Source of the DNA: a virus
Taxonomy: Duplodnaviria > Caudoviricetes
IMG/VR virus record: IMGVR_UViG_3300023084_000018
Span: 1-61,117 of that record
Length of the DNA: 61,117 bases
Strand: one strand, 5' to 3'
The notes below the pieces were generated by a model. It worked only from the letters and a program-made list of their open reading frames with translations. It was not told the DNA's origin and made no database searches. Positions 1 through 9,593 of this stretch are shown here, piece by piece. Numbering within the stretch: the first letter of the stretch is position 1; each line of letters opens with the position of its first letter. The position numbers were made by a program, and so were the translations under genes.

Positions 1-902
1 ACAATTTCATTTTGTAACTTAGACACAGTCTTTTGCTGTTTGGCTGTGTCGTTGCTAACACTTTGAATCCATTTGTTGGCTTCATTAATCTTGTAGTTGC
101 CTTCTTGCCACAAATCACGTTTTTTGTGTTTTTCAATTTCTAAATTAATATCAATATTTTCAAGTTCTTTGATTGCAGTTTTAACACTATTAATTTTTTT
201 AGAATGTTCATCCTGCCATGCTGAACTTTTGATTTTAAAACGTCTGATAGTTTCTTCAATTTTTTCATTACTTGATTTAACTGCTTGTATACGTAATTCT
301 TCTTCTTTGATATCATTTTTTGATTTTGTAATTTGATCTTTCAACAACTGTGCTTTGGTTGATAACCTAGTTATACCTAGTAATTCTTCAATAACATCAC
401 GTTGTTCTGTTGCTTTCATACTCAAAAAAGGTTGATTGTAAGTGTTTAAAGCAACTATTTGCTTGAACAATGCTAACGACATACCAAACACTTTGTGAAT
501 TTCTTCTTGTGTTAATCTGTTTTCACCTTGTGCTTCGTCTGTGTCTTTTTCATTAACAATTTCATCATTGCAAAAAAATCTAAAGTAAGTTGGTTTTCTA
601 CCACGTTCAATTTTATAACTTTTACCATCGACTTCAAATTCACAAGAAACACTCATGTTTTTTTGATTGGTTTTGTTAATTAAATTGTCTCGTTTGATAT
701 TTGTTAGTGCATCTCCAAACAAACAAAAACTCAAAGCATTTAGTAATGTGGTTTTACCTGTACCATTTCTTGATCCTTCTCCGCCAAGATCCAAGTTGTT
801 ACCAAGTATCAGTGTTAAGCCTGCGTGATTTAAGTTAATTGCCTGTGTGGCATTACCAATACTTTGGAAGTTTTTGATTGTAAGGTTCTTTAAAACTATC
901 AT
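1..902 (-). CDS. gp46: Rad50/SbcC-like recombination ATPase (T4 gp46-like), 3' part runs off the window
   Basis: Not in the ORF track because it is truncated. ATG at 902-900 overlaps the gp47 TGA. Translates MIVLKNLTIKNFQSIGNATQ...GSRNGTGKTTLLNAL (Walker A), followed by coiled-coil sequence. Confidence 0.92.
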   Translation of the reverse strand, partial: MIVLKNLTIKNFQSIGNATQAINLNHAGLTLILGNNLDLGGEGSRNGTGKTTLLNALSFCLFGDALTNIKRDNLINKTNQKNMSVSCEFEVDGKSYKIERGRKPTYFRFFCNDEIVNEKDTDEAQGENRLTQEEIHKVFGMSLALFKQIVALNTYNQPFLSMKATEQRDVIEELLGITRLSTKAQLLKDQITKSKNDIKEEELRIQAVKSSNEKIEETIRRFKIKSSAWQDEHSKKINSVKTAIKELENIDINLEIEKHKKRDLWQEGNYKINEANKWIQSVSNDTAKQQKTVSKLQNEI

Positions 903-1903
903 AGTCTATTGTAGATTTCCATTAATATGTGATTGTCAAAACTGTCAGATTCAATTTTGCTCAATTGATCTAACACAATTTCATCAACACTTTGAAATTT
1001 AATTTCTCCTTGAAATTCTATTTCTTCTTCTGCTTGTTTGTGTGGTAACAAACTGATTTCTCGTAAACTGTACTGTTGTTGAAAACTTTCTTTGATAAAA
1101 TTGGCTTCTTCATATGTTACATCAACATCAATTTTAACTCGTACATGACATTCAGTATCTAAATATGTTTCTGGGTCTTTAAGCAAATCACTTAAATTCA
1201 TAACTCTGTATTTTGGACCATCTGCCCATATTTTGTACTGTGGTTCTTTGTCCCATTCCAAAAACATACAACCTCTGTCATTGTCCCATGCATCTGCATA
1301 GTTGTGAGCAAACGGATTTCCAATATAACTGATATTGCCTTTGTGCTGTCTTTTGTGAAAGTGTCCCGAAAACACTCTTTCAATGTGACTGAAATGATCT
1401 GCTTGTATTTCTCCGTGATCTGGCATTTCAACCATGGCATTCATTTTAAAATTTGGTAACTCAAAATGTCCAAACATGTATTTGCATTTGATATTTTTAA
1501 TCTGTTTCCATTCGTTTCCAACTAACCATGGAATAATAGCAACATCATCTTTGACTAGTATTTCGTTAACTATTTCAATGTTTGGGATTTCATTAGCAAA
1601 TATCACAGAAGAAATTTCTCTTTTATCTCTGTAAAACAAATCATGATTTCCAGTGATAAAATAAGTTTTTTCAAATGCTTTGCTTAATTTTTTTAAATTA
1701 GAAATAGAATAATTCAGTGTACTGATATTAATTGAACTTCTGTGATGATGCCAGTCGCCTAAAAATATACAAGTTTCTGCACCAAATTCTTTGGCTTCTT
1801 TGATAAACCATTCAACAAAATTTTCACAATCGTTGTTGTGTTGTCTTGAATTATTTTTTAAACCAAAGTGTATATCAGTAAAGCAGGCCGCTTTTTTAAA
1901 CAT
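899..1903 (-). CDS. gp47: Mre11/SbcD-like recombination endonuclease (T4 gp47-like)
   Basis: Metallophosphoesterase motifs DIHFG, GDWHH, GNHD, GHFE, SGHFH; adjacent to gp46. Confidence 0.93.
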   Translation of the reverse strand: MFKKAACFTDIHFGLKNNSRQHNNDCENFVEWFIKEAKEFGAETCIFLGDWHHHRSSINISTLNYSISNLKKLSKAFEKTYFITGNHDLFYRDKREISSVIFANEIPNIEIVNEILVKDDVAIIPWLVGNEWKQIKNIKCKYMFGHFELPNFKMNAMVEMPDHGEIQADHFSHIERVFSGHFHKRQHKGNISYIGNPFAHNYADAWDNDRGCMFLEWDKEPQYKIWADGPKYRVMNLSDLLKDPETYLDTECHVRVKIDVDVTYEEANFIKESFQQQYSLREISLLPHKQAEEEIEFQGEIKFQSVDEIVLDQLSKIESDSFDNHILMEIYNRL

Positions 1904-1932
1904 AATTTTTTTCCAGTCAATTAACTAGTAAA

Positions 1933-1961
1933 AATATACATTAAAAGTTGTAAAAAGTCAA
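1933..1961 (-). promoter_or_regulatory. sigma70-like early promoter for gp47-gp46
   Basis: Minus strand TTGACT-17 nt-TATATT. Confidence 0.7.
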
Positions 1962-1963
1962 CT

Positions 1964-2764
1964 TTATTTCTTGCCCTCTTTAGTGGACATTTCATTTTCC
2001 ATTTGTCTTGTGTAAGAAGGACTCATGCCGTGACTTTCTAGTATATCATCTCTTAAACTTTGATGTTTTTTCTCTACATTTAAAATTCTAGTAAAACTGT
2101 TGGTAATTGCCGCAGTATAATAAGCAAATGGATTTTGTGATTTGCTTTCGTCAAACTGTAAACCAATCTGTGACAGTTGAACCAACGCTTGTGCTCTCAT
2201 TTCGTCATTGTAGGTATAACCTCTCCAATTGGATCGAGAACCATATCTATCACATAATTTAAGAAACATCAACCCAAGTTTATTGGTCATTCTGCCATGA
2301 TCTTTACTAAATTGATTGTGTCCAATGTGATGACTTTTACCAACTTCTTCCCAATCATTATTGTCATTTAACTTATAATGTTTAAAAGGAATAAAATTTA
2401 GTTTGACTTTTGTATCTGCTATAGTTTTTGGATTGGTTTTTCTATCCGGATCATCTGGAATGTGATCCCATGTAACAACTCTAATAATCACATCAGTATC
2501 ATCCACGTGCCTTAATTTAATTTCATGCTCAGCAATTTCTTTTTTCTTTAATCCAAGTTCTTCAGCCTTCAATTGTGTGAGTCTAGCGGCACGATTTCTA
2601 CGTGCTTCAAGCACTTTTGTTTTGGTAATTTTTTCAATAGGCGTGGTAATTATCAGATCATAATCTGCATACTCTGGCTTTGTGTAGCAACAGAAACTGT
2701 TCTTGCTTTTGTGTATTTCTTTTAAGATGTCTTTGTTGTTTAAATAATTTATTCTTTTTGCCAT
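1964..2764 (-). CDS. gp55: Late transcription sigma factor (T4 gp55-like)
   Basis: YLNNKDILKEI, NWRGYTYNDEM, FDESKSQNPFAYYTAAITNSFTRILNVEKK; gene order 55-47-46. Start moved from 2803 to 2764 (MAKRINYL) because a promoter occupies 2771-2799. Confidence 0.85.
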   Translation of the reverse strand: MAKRINYLNNKDILKEIHKSKNSFCCYTKPEYADYDLIITTPIEKITKTKVLEARRNRAARLTQLKAEELGLKKKEIAEHEIKLRHVDDTDVIIRVVTWDHIPDDPDRKTNPKTIADTKVKLNFIPFKHYKLNDNNDWEEVGKSHHIGHNQFSKDHGRMTNKLGLMFLKLCDRYGSRSNWRGYTYNDEMRAQALVQLSQIGLQFDESKSQNPFAYYTAAITNSFTRILNVEKKHQSLRDDILESHGMSPSYTRQMENEMSTKEGKK

Positions 2765-2770
2765 AATACA

Positions 2771-2799
2771 AATATACTCTCTAGATGTTAAAATGTCAA
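2771..2799 (-). promoter_or_regulatory. sigma70-like promoter, probably yielding a leaderless gp55 mRNA
   Basis: TTGACA-17 nt-TATATT-6 nt-ATG. Confidence 0.75.
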
Positions 2800-2845
2800 C
2801 CATTTAACACAAATAAATGATTAAATACTGCTTTTATTTTATTAC

Positions 2846-2855
2846 TAAATATTTA
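2846..2855. promoter_or_regulatory. Late promoter TAAATA within palindrome TAAATATTTA
   Basis: TAAATA at 2846-2851 lies 5 nt before the ATG at 2857; resembles the T4 late box TATAAATA. Confidence 0.6.
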
Positions 2856-2856
2856 T

Positions 2857-3669
2857 ATGACTATCAATCACGACTTTAGAGCAAAATTACAAGCAAAGCC
2901 ATTAGCAAAGCAAGAAGTGTATGGCGGTGGAAGTAAAGATTATAGAAAAAATCTGTTGGCACCTATTGCATATACAAACGGTCTGGTGTTTCCCTACACA
3001 CCAGCAATACAAGTATCTCATGCACAGGTAGACTATTCTCAATATAATCTATTGCAAACAAATTTTGATTATTATGCATTTGTTAGAAGAGCATCTCCTA
3101 CATTTTCTGTAACAGCACCGTTTACAGCAAATAACCTAGAAGAAGCAAGGTATTTACTAGCTGTTTTTCATTTTTTGAGATCTGTAACAATGACATATTT
3201 TGGTAGTAAAAACTTGGCCAGAAGAGGAACTCCTCCCCCGGTGCTGTTGTTTAGTGCATATGGTCCGTATATGTTTGAGAGAGTTCCTGTTCTGATTAGA
3301 ACAGTGTCGTTTGGTTTAGAGCAAGACGTAGATTATATACCGTGTGGATATGGTCCAGAAAACTTGCCAATGAACAACGATGAAAAAAGATTACAGGAAC
3401 TAGCAGTTATTGATACCAGTATTGATAACGATTATGGTGTAGCAGAACTTGAAGAAAGAAAAAAATTAAAAGAAAAAGTAAAAGGCAATATTAAAAGTGT
3501 TGAACAAGGTGTTTCAAAAAGTTTTGTGCCTTCACTGTTAAACGTGTTTATAGAACTTGTTTATGCACCAACACCGTCAACTGTCAGAGATGGTTTCAAC
3601 TTAGACACTTTCAGAGATGGTAGTTGGTTAAAAGGTGGTAACAAAGATGGCAGTAAAGGATTTATTTAA
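2857..3669 (+). CDS. Putative baseplate tail-tube initiator/junction protein (gp48/gp54-like)
   Basis: FPYTP..., PPPVLLFSAYG...PVLIRTVSF pattern of tube-fold proteins; first gene of the baseplate operon. Confidence 0.6.
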   Translation: MTINHDFRAKLQAKPLAKQEVYGGGSKDYRKNLLAPIAYTNGLVFPYTPAIQVSHAQVDYSQYNLLQTNFDYYAFVRRASPTFSVTAPFTANNLEEARYLLAVFHFLRSVTMTYFGSKNLARRGTPPPVLLFSAYGPYMFERVPVLIRTVSFGLEQDVDYIPCGYGPENLPMNNDEKRLQELAVIDTSIDNDYGVAELEERKKLKEKVKGNIKSVEQGVSKSFVPSLLNVFIELVYAPTPSTVRDGFNLDTFRDGSWLKGGNKDGSKGFI

Positions 3670-3965
3670 TGGCTAGAGCAAGTAACGAAAACTCACAATA
3701 TTCATCAACTAAAATTATCAATGACTATTTGGATATTTTGTCTTTACCAAATATACCTCAAAGATCTGATGATGAATATTACACTATAGAAAGTAAATTT
3801 GATAAAAGACCAGATTTACTTGCACATTCATTGTATGGATCAACTAGATTATGGTGGGTGTTTATTGCAAGAAACATGGATCTGTTTGAAGATCCAATTA
3901 ACGATTTTACTACCGGAACTGTAATACGTTTACCAAATCCAAGTGCTATTGCCGGATCGAGGTAA
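3669..3965 (+). CDS. Baseplate wedge LysM-like protein (gp53/gpX-like)
   Basis: RPDLLAHSLYGSTRLWWVFIARN...GTVIRLP. Confidence 0.8.
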   Translation: MARASNENSQYSSTKIINDYLDILSLPNIPQRSDDEYYTIESKFDKRPDLLAHSLYGSTRLWWVFIARNMDLFEDPINDFTTGTVIRLPNPSAIAGSR

Positions 3966-3970
3966 TCAGC

Positions 3971-6886
3971 ATGTCATCACACGAATCCAAATTTAAAAAA
4001 TTTAATCCTAGAGCTGTAAAAAACAATAACAGTATCACAGTTGACCCAAATAAAAACGTTCATGTTCAAATGACGCCATGGCAAAAATCAAAATTAGCCA
4101 ACGAACGAGCTGAATTAATAAAAGACCTAGATGCAGGAATTAATAAGACTGTTAGCACCACTAGTTCTAGTTCAACAGTGCCAATTGGTACTGTTAACAG
4201 TGCAAGATTAAGTTTTGCTGATGACAGACTTAACTCACCAAACATTAATCCTGCTGATTCATTGAATGCGTTAGATGTGATATCAGAAGAAAACTATTTT
4301 CATAATAGAAATCAAACTCAAGAAAGACTTGAATTAGCGGAACAGGTACAGAATAATAAATTTAAAAACCTTGATGCTAGTGCTACAACATCAGTTAAAG
4401 ACAGCACTACAAAAACTGAAAATAAATTAAAAGAATCAAAAGTTGAAAAAAACAATGTGCAAGACAATCAACAACTAATTGATGAACTCAATGAAGGTAT
4501 TGAAGCAGGTAGTAACAAAACTAATTCAAACTCAACTATTAAAAAATCAAGTAAACCAGCAGAAACAGGTGAAAAAAGATTACAGGCCAGTTTAGACATT
4601 TTTAATGACACTAATTTCATGCAAAATGTTTTGCACAATTATGAATCAGTAACTTACGATATAACATGGGCAATGGCTGGTAAAAAATTTATGAATGAAT
4701 TTTTTGAAAGAGAAAATGCATTAAGATCAGGATACTCGACTAGCAATGAATTTTTTGATTATTCAACTGACAAAGATCCAAACATGTATCTTAAAGAAAC
4801 TAGCGAACCAATATCAATACTGTCACGTACTGGAGAAACTATTACTACCATCACAAATTTGGAAATGGAAAACACATTTGGGTTAACAAGAGCAGACAGA
4901 GTCAACACCGCGGCTGTTATGAGATTTAGCGTGACACAACCACAGTCAGCTAACTTGATTAAACAGATATGGTTAGCATCACAAGAACTAGGTATTGAAC
5001 GTTACCAACAACATCCTTTTTTAATTCAAGTTTATTTAAAAGGCAGAAAAAAAGATGGTACACTAGTTGGCGACTACAAACCGGTGAAAACTGAAGATGA
5101 AAGAAACTTAGGTATACACAATGCCTCCGGAATTGAAATACCAGGCACAAGAAGATTGTATGCTATTATGATAAGAAACATAACATACAGAGTCGAAGCC
5201 GGCGGTGCAGTTTATCAAATTGAAGCCATACGTTATGGTGATATTGGCAAAGCAGATGATCATCAATTGATTGCAGATATGAAAATATCTAACATTAAAA
5301 AATTCAAAGATTTCACAGATGGGTTTGCATCTGAATTAGCACAACAAGAACAGCACAATTTAGGAGTTACAAAGTATCTGTTAGACAAATATAGTTTTTC
5401 TATAAAAGGCTCAGATGAAGATATTACTGGAATAACAGAATCTCGTATAGTAACAGATGCTGAAAAAAACAAACATATTATATTTGGTAAAGATTTAGAT
5501 AACCCAACTGTAACAACAGAAATTGATTATGATTCAAGTATTACTGAAGTACTTGAAAGACATTTGGCTAGAACAACTTTTATGGTAGACAAAATCAAAG
5601 GCATTCAAGAACAGTTGGCTGACATTGACAAAGATGCTGTGGAAAAATGGGACGAAATTGCTATAACCAAAAAAGCATTTACAATCACAGCACATGCAAT
5701 ACCAATGGGTTTTGACAGTTTACGGCAAGACTATCAAAGACATTTTCATTATGTTATTACAGTCAGTGATTGGGCCACAGTGCAGTCAGGAATCATACAA
5801 GAATATCAAGCACCCGAAACAAGACACAAACAAAGAGTCAGTACCATGATGGAAAATGCATTGATTAATAAAAAATACAATTATTTGTTTACAGGCGATA
5901 ACATTGATGTTTTAGAATTTAATTTAGACTTCAATTATCAATATGTTTATCCTTATGATCAACTGCACGGTGTCTTTAAAAGATTACCTGAAGCAACTAT
6001 GATAAAATTTCAAGAAAATGCAACCGAAGAAGCAAATAAAAAAGAAAAAAGCAATGAAATGAAATTGACTTTTAGCAAAGCGGCAGAAGACGGTGTAATA
6101 TCAGGTGCTGAGCACAAACAAATATTACAAGCAAGAAAATTCTTTTTGGAAAACTACACAGAGCAATTACAAAATGGTGCAGTTGAACCCGATGCTGGCA
6201 CACTAACAGCCTATCAAAATTTGATTAATGAATACAACAAAGACATTCAACAGTATAACATCAAACAAGGAGATGCTGGTATAAAACTAAAAGAAGTTGA
6301 AAGATTTAATGATCTTGGAAAGACAGCAGATAATGAAGGACTTGAAATTAGAATTGGTGGAAAGTGGCGCTTGGCTGAGAAATTGGAAAATGATAATGTT
6401 AACTTGTCCGAAGATTCATTGACAAAATTAAATGTTCAATTTTATGGCAGAGCAGTTAATACACACGACGGTATGACAGATGCTGGTTCATCTGAAAATG
6501 CAGAAGCACAACGAGTTTTAGAAAATTCTTTTGCAGGTGGTCCTGGAATAGATTTAATGTCAGTGACCATGGATATCATAGGTGATCCATATTGGTTACC
6601 AAGACCTGAAATTGATACTTTAGATAAAATACTACAAAATTTAGGTGTATCTGCTGATCCAAAATATGAAAATATGATACTGTTTCAATCAATGTATCCA
6701 GAAGAAGTTGATCCTGGTTCTGGAATGATTCCACCAGTAAGCGAAAGGCGGGATGAAATCTTGACAGGCATATATAGAATCTATAAAATAGAACATAGAT
6801 TTGAAGGTGGACAATTTACACAAAGACTGCACCTACAAAGAGATGTATTAACTGATTTAAGTTTTGTTGTAAATCAACGAGGATAA
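3971..6886 (+). CDS. Putative baseplate hub protein (gp27/Mu gpP-like) with low-complexity N-terminus
   Basis: C-terminal IIGDPYWL...GIYRIYKIEHRFEGGQFTQRLHL; position between LysM wedge and spike. Confidence 0.65.
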   Translation: MSSHESKFKKFNPRAVKNNNSITVDPNKNVHVQMTPWQKSKLANERAELIKDLDAGINKTVSTTSSSSTVPIGTVNSARLSFADDRLNSPNINPADSLNALDVISEENYFHNRNQTQERLELAEQVQNNKFKNLDASATTSVKDSTTKTENKLKESKVEKNNVQDNQQLIDELNEGIEAGSNKTNSNSTIKKSSKPAETGEKRLQASLDIFNDTNFMQNVLHNYESVTYDITWAMAGKKFMNEFFERENALRSGYSTSNEFFDYSTDKDPNMYLKETSEPISILSRTGETITTITNLEMENTFGLTRADRVNTAAVMRFSVTQPQSANLIKQIWLASQELGIERYQQHPFLIQVYLKGRKKDGTLVGDYKPVKTEDERNLGIHNASGIEIPGTRRLYAIMIRNITYRVEAGGAVYQIEAIRYGDIGKADDHQLIADMKISNIKKFKDFTDGFASELAQQEQHNLGVTKYLLDKYSFSIKGSDEDITGITESRIVTDAEKNKHIIFGKDLDNPTVTTEIDYDSSITEVLERHLARTTFMVDKIKGIQEQLADIDKDAVEKWDEIAITKKAFTITAHAIPMGFDSLRQDYQRHFHYVITVSDWATVQSGIIQEYQAPETRHKQRVSTMMENALINKKYNYLFTGDNIDVLEFNLDFNYQYVYPYDQLHGVFKRLPEATMIKFQENATEEANKKEKSNEMKLTFSKAAEDGVISGAEHKQILQARKFFLENYTEQLQNGAVEPDAGTLTAYQNLINEYNKDIQQYNIKQGDAGIKLKEVERFNDLGKTADNEGLEIRIGGKWRLAEKLENDNVNLSEDSLTKLNVQFYGRAVNTHDGMTDAGSSENAEAQRVLENSFAGGPGIDLMSVTMDIIGDPYWLPRPEIDTLDKILQNLGVSADPKYENMILFQSMYPEEVDPGSGMIPPVSERRDEILTGIYRIYKIEHRFEGGQFTQRLHLQRDVLTDLSFVVNQRG

Positions 6887-6905
6887 AATAGGAAACCAAT
6901 AATAA

Positions 6906-8354
6906 ATGTCAAAAAAAACACAATCTTCATCAAGCAATTACAAATCTCGTAGAGATGGCAATAGTAAATCAATTGATTATGGTGTTATAAAAATAGCAGA
7001 AGTGATGAGTGTGACTGATTTAGCCAGAATGGGCAGAATGCAAGTACATATCATAGGTTCAAACACACCAAGAACTGACAAAACAAGTTGGAAAACAGTA
7101 ATTTGGACTTCTCCGTTTGCAGGTGCTACCAGTACTAGTGGTTTAAGAAAAGGAGAACTAGAAGACACATATGCAGGCACACAAACATCATATGGTATGT
7201 GGATGGTACCACCATCAATTGGTAATTTGGTTGCAGTTGCATTTGTCAATGGTAATAGTAACTATGGTGTATGTATTGGTTGTTTGTTTCAACCAGGCAT
7301 CAATCATATGGTACCAGGTATTGCTAAAGGTAAAACATTTGGTGAAAAATCACCTATTGTGCCGTTAGCAGAAGTAAACAGATTAGGTGATGAATCACAA
7401 CTAGCAAACATATTTGACATAGAAGCTCACACAGCCAGAGGCGAGCCCATTGATAAAGCCAAACGACCTGCCCATGGTCCTCATTATCAAGGTTTAATAA
7501 ATCAAGGTTTAGAAAATGATGAAATTAGAGGTCTTAGTGATTCATCTGCTAGAAGAGAATCACCAAGTCAAGTTTTTGGTATTTTAACACCTGGTGGGCA
7601 TCAGTTTGTAATGGACGATGCTAATCAAAAACACATTAGATTAAGAACATTAAATGGTTCACAGATATTATTGGATGACACAAACAACACAGTTTACGTG
7701 ACTAACAGCACAGCAACTGGTTGGGTTGAAATAACAAATCAAGGTAAAATTGAAATATGGGGTGCAGATTCAATATCAATGAGAACTGAAAAAGATATTA
7801 ATGTGAGAGCAGATAGAGATATTAACTTTGAAGCAGGTAGAAATATTAATATAAAAGCCAATTATACACTTGATACTGATTCAGCAGGCAATTACACTCA
7901 ACCTAAATCCACTAGAGATTTAGGAGATATAAAAGGTAATTTACATATTGATGTTGCTGGTGAAACTAAAATAAAGTCAGATGACGATATTAGTTTAACA
8001 ACAAACAACAACACAAACATATACTCAGGTTTAGATTTAAAACTAACACAACTTGGTACATCACATATCAATAGTGGTATTAGTCACAGAGAAACTGCGG
8101 CCGGTGGTGCAGGCAGAATTGATATGAATTCTGCAGGCTTTGATGCATTGTTATTAACGCCAATATCAGGAATTTCATTTTTAACAGATGCTGATGGCAA
8201 TCTGTTATACACAAACATTTTAGAAAACAGAACAGGTTCAGCAGTCAACTCACCAAGAGAAACAGAATCACAACGAGGTTCTATTACTACTAGATTCCCA
8301 ACTAGAGAACCTTATCCAGACCACGAAAGTAAAAGCACAACCAATCAGTCATAA
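6906..8354 (+). CDS. Baseplate central spike (gp5/VgrG-like), no lysozyme domain
   Basis: OB-fold motifs D..RMGRMQV and PPSIGNLVAVAFVNGN, then TPGGHQFVMDD and beta-helix-like repeats. Confidence 0.8.
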   Translation: MSKKTQSSSSNYKSRRDGNSKSIDYGVIKIAEVMSVTDLARMGRMQVHIIGSNTPRTDKTSWKTVIWTSPFAGATSTSGLRKGELEDTYAGTQTSYGMWMVPPSIGNLVAVAFVNGNSNYGVCIGCLFQPGINHMVPGIAKGKTFGEKSPIVPLAEVNRLGDESQLANIFDIEAHTARGEPIDKAKRPAHGPHYQGLINQGLENDEIRGLSDSSARRESPSQVFGILTPGGHQFVMDDANQKHIRLRTLNGSQILLDDTNNTVYVTNSTATGWVEITNQGKIEIWGADSISMRTEKDINVRADRDINFEAGRNINIKANYTLDTDSAGNYTQPKSTRDLGDIKGNLHIDVAGETKIKSDDDISLTTNNNTNIYSGLDLKLTQLGTSHINSGISHRETAAGGAGRIDMNSAGFDALLLTPISGISFLTDADGNLLYTNILENRTGSAVNSPRETESQRGSITTRFPTREPYPDHESKSTTNQS

Positions 8355-8384
8355 AAAAAGAGCGATATTCCTACCGCTCTTTTT
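8353..8384. terminator. Bidirectional intrinsic terminator
   Basis: AAAAAAAGAGCGATATTCCTACCGCTCTTTTT between convergent genes. Confidence 0.85.
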
Positions 8385-8410
8385 ATTCAAAGATCTTTGA
8401 GGTCTAAGAT

Positions 8411-8644
8411 TTATTTAGACTTATATATGTGATATAAAATCCAAACAGCCACCAAGCCTAGTAATCCTTGATCACTAAATCCTGATATGATTGCCTGCAC
8501 ATTTCCAATTACAGAAATGTTTGGCCAAAACGGAATACCTTGGCCGCTGAATAACACTTCAAGAACAATCCCAAGTGCTATTAATGATACACCGACATCT
8601 GCTAATGCTGACGCCCATGATTTTACTTTGTTAATAATATCCAT
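8411..8644 (-). CDS. Small two-TM membrane protein
   Basis: 77 aa with two hydrophobic segments; strong SD AGGAGGT; own promoter and terminator. Confidence 0.8.
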   Translation of the reverse strand: MDIINKVKSWASALADVGVSLIALGIVLEVLFSGQGIPFWPNISVIGNVQAIISGFSDQGLLGLVAVWILYHIYKSK

Positions 8645-8679
8645 AATAAGGACCTCCTAACTGTTTTAAAGTTGTGCTT

Positions 8680-8708
8680 AATCTAACATGTTAATTGGAT
8701 AAAAGCAA
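8680..8708 (-). promoter_or_regulatory. sigma70-like promoter
   Basis: TTGCTT-17 nt-TAGATT with extended -10 TG. Confidence 0.6.
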
Positions 8709-8803
8709 GACTTTATTTGTTCAATTTTATTTAAATTGTGGATAATTCAATTAACACATCATTTAATTTAAATGCAGTTTTATTGATGTTGATAAAATTT
8801 TCA

Positions 8804-8830
8804 TAAAAAAAGGCGATGTTACCACCGCCT
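8804..8830 (-). terminator. Intrinsic terminator of cspA
   Basis: Minus strand AGGCGGTG-GTAA-CATCGCCT followed by a T run. Confidence 0.8.
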
Positions 8831-8845
8831 CTATCTTGTTTTTAA

Positions 8846-9046
8846 TTACGCTAATGATAAATTCACAGCACTTGGACCTTTGGGTCCATCTTGTGTGTCA
8901 AATGTAATTTCGTCGCCTTCATTCAACTGTCTTAAGCCTGCGGCCTCAACTGCTGAAATGTGTACGAAAACATCTTTATCTTCACACGCAATAAATCCAA
9001 AGCCTTTAGTGGCGTTGAACCATTTTACTTTTCCTTGTTGACTCAT
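8846..9046 (-). CDS. cspA: Cold-shock protein (CspA family)
   Basis: GKVKWFNATKGFGFI (RNP1), DVFVHISA (RNP2), GPKGPSAVNL. Confidence 0.96.
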   Translation of the reverse strand: MSQQGKVKWFNATKGFGFIACEDKDVFVHISAVEAAGLRQLNEGDEITFDTQDGPKGPSAVNLSLA

Positions 9047-9161
9047 GTTGTTCTTTCTTTAGTTTTAGTATTTGTTAATATTTGAGGAAGTTTGTATCTA
9101 AAATTAGGGCGGGAGTTTGTTAATTCTACTGCGTCTTGTCTTATTACTCTTAACTCGTCAT

Positions 9162-9167
9162 TATTTA
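9162..9167 (-). promoter_or_regulatory. Putative late promoter (TAAATA) for cspA
   Basis: Minus-strand TAAATA just after the upstream terminator, about 115 nt before the cspA ATG. Confidence 0.5.
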
Positions 9168-9172
9168 CCAAA

Positions 9173-9203
9173 TAAAAAAAGGGCGATATTTTACCGCCCT
9201 TTT
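9173..9203 (-). terminator. Intrinsic terminator
   Basis: Minus strand GGGCGGTA-AAA-TATCGCCC-TTTTTTT. Confidence 0.85.
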
Positions 9204-9228
9204 AAGTTTTATAATAATATTGTTATTA

Positions 9229-9585
9229 TTATGCGTTTGCGTTGATTACAGTTTTACCTGTATCAGCAAGTAACTCAATTACAGAGTTTTTGATTTGTTT
9301 AGCAACTTCGTAGTTACCAGAACCAATTACTCTTACATTGAAGTCATAACCTTTTGATACTAGTTCCGTTGTTGGAGTTTTTCTAGACATCTTTAGGTTT
9401 TTAAATTTAATAACACCACCGTTAATAGAACCAGTGTTATCAAGTGTGTTTTTTGCTTCATCCATAAACACACCAACTTTGTTTGAGACTCTGCCTTTAG
9501 CAAATTCTCTTGTGTATACTACATATTGTTTAGTTCTTGCCATTTTCTTTTTACCTCCTAGTAGGTTTTTAAGTAAGTTAAACAT
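9229..9585 (-). CDS. Hypothetical basic protein; alternative start at 9543
   Basis: ORF with own promoter and terminator; internal SD AGGAGGT precedes MARTKQ (ATG at 9543). Confidence 0.75.
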   Translation of the reverse strand: MFNLLKNLLGGKKKMARTKQYVVYTREFAKGRVSNKVGVFMDEAKNTLDNTGSINGGVIKFKNLKMSRKTPTTELVSKGYDFNVRVIGSGNYEVAKQIKNSVIELLADTGKTVINANA

Positions 9586-9593
9586 ATAATAAT

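Noticed and set aside
8737-8745. Perfect DnaA box (TTATCCACA on the minus strand) near a promoter
   Set aside because: Single copy; roughly one is expected by chance in 61 kb at this base composition.
9526-9543. MARTKQ is identical to the histone H3 N-terminus
   Set aside because: Only six residues match, the rest is unrelated and the context is a bacteriophage; probably chance.
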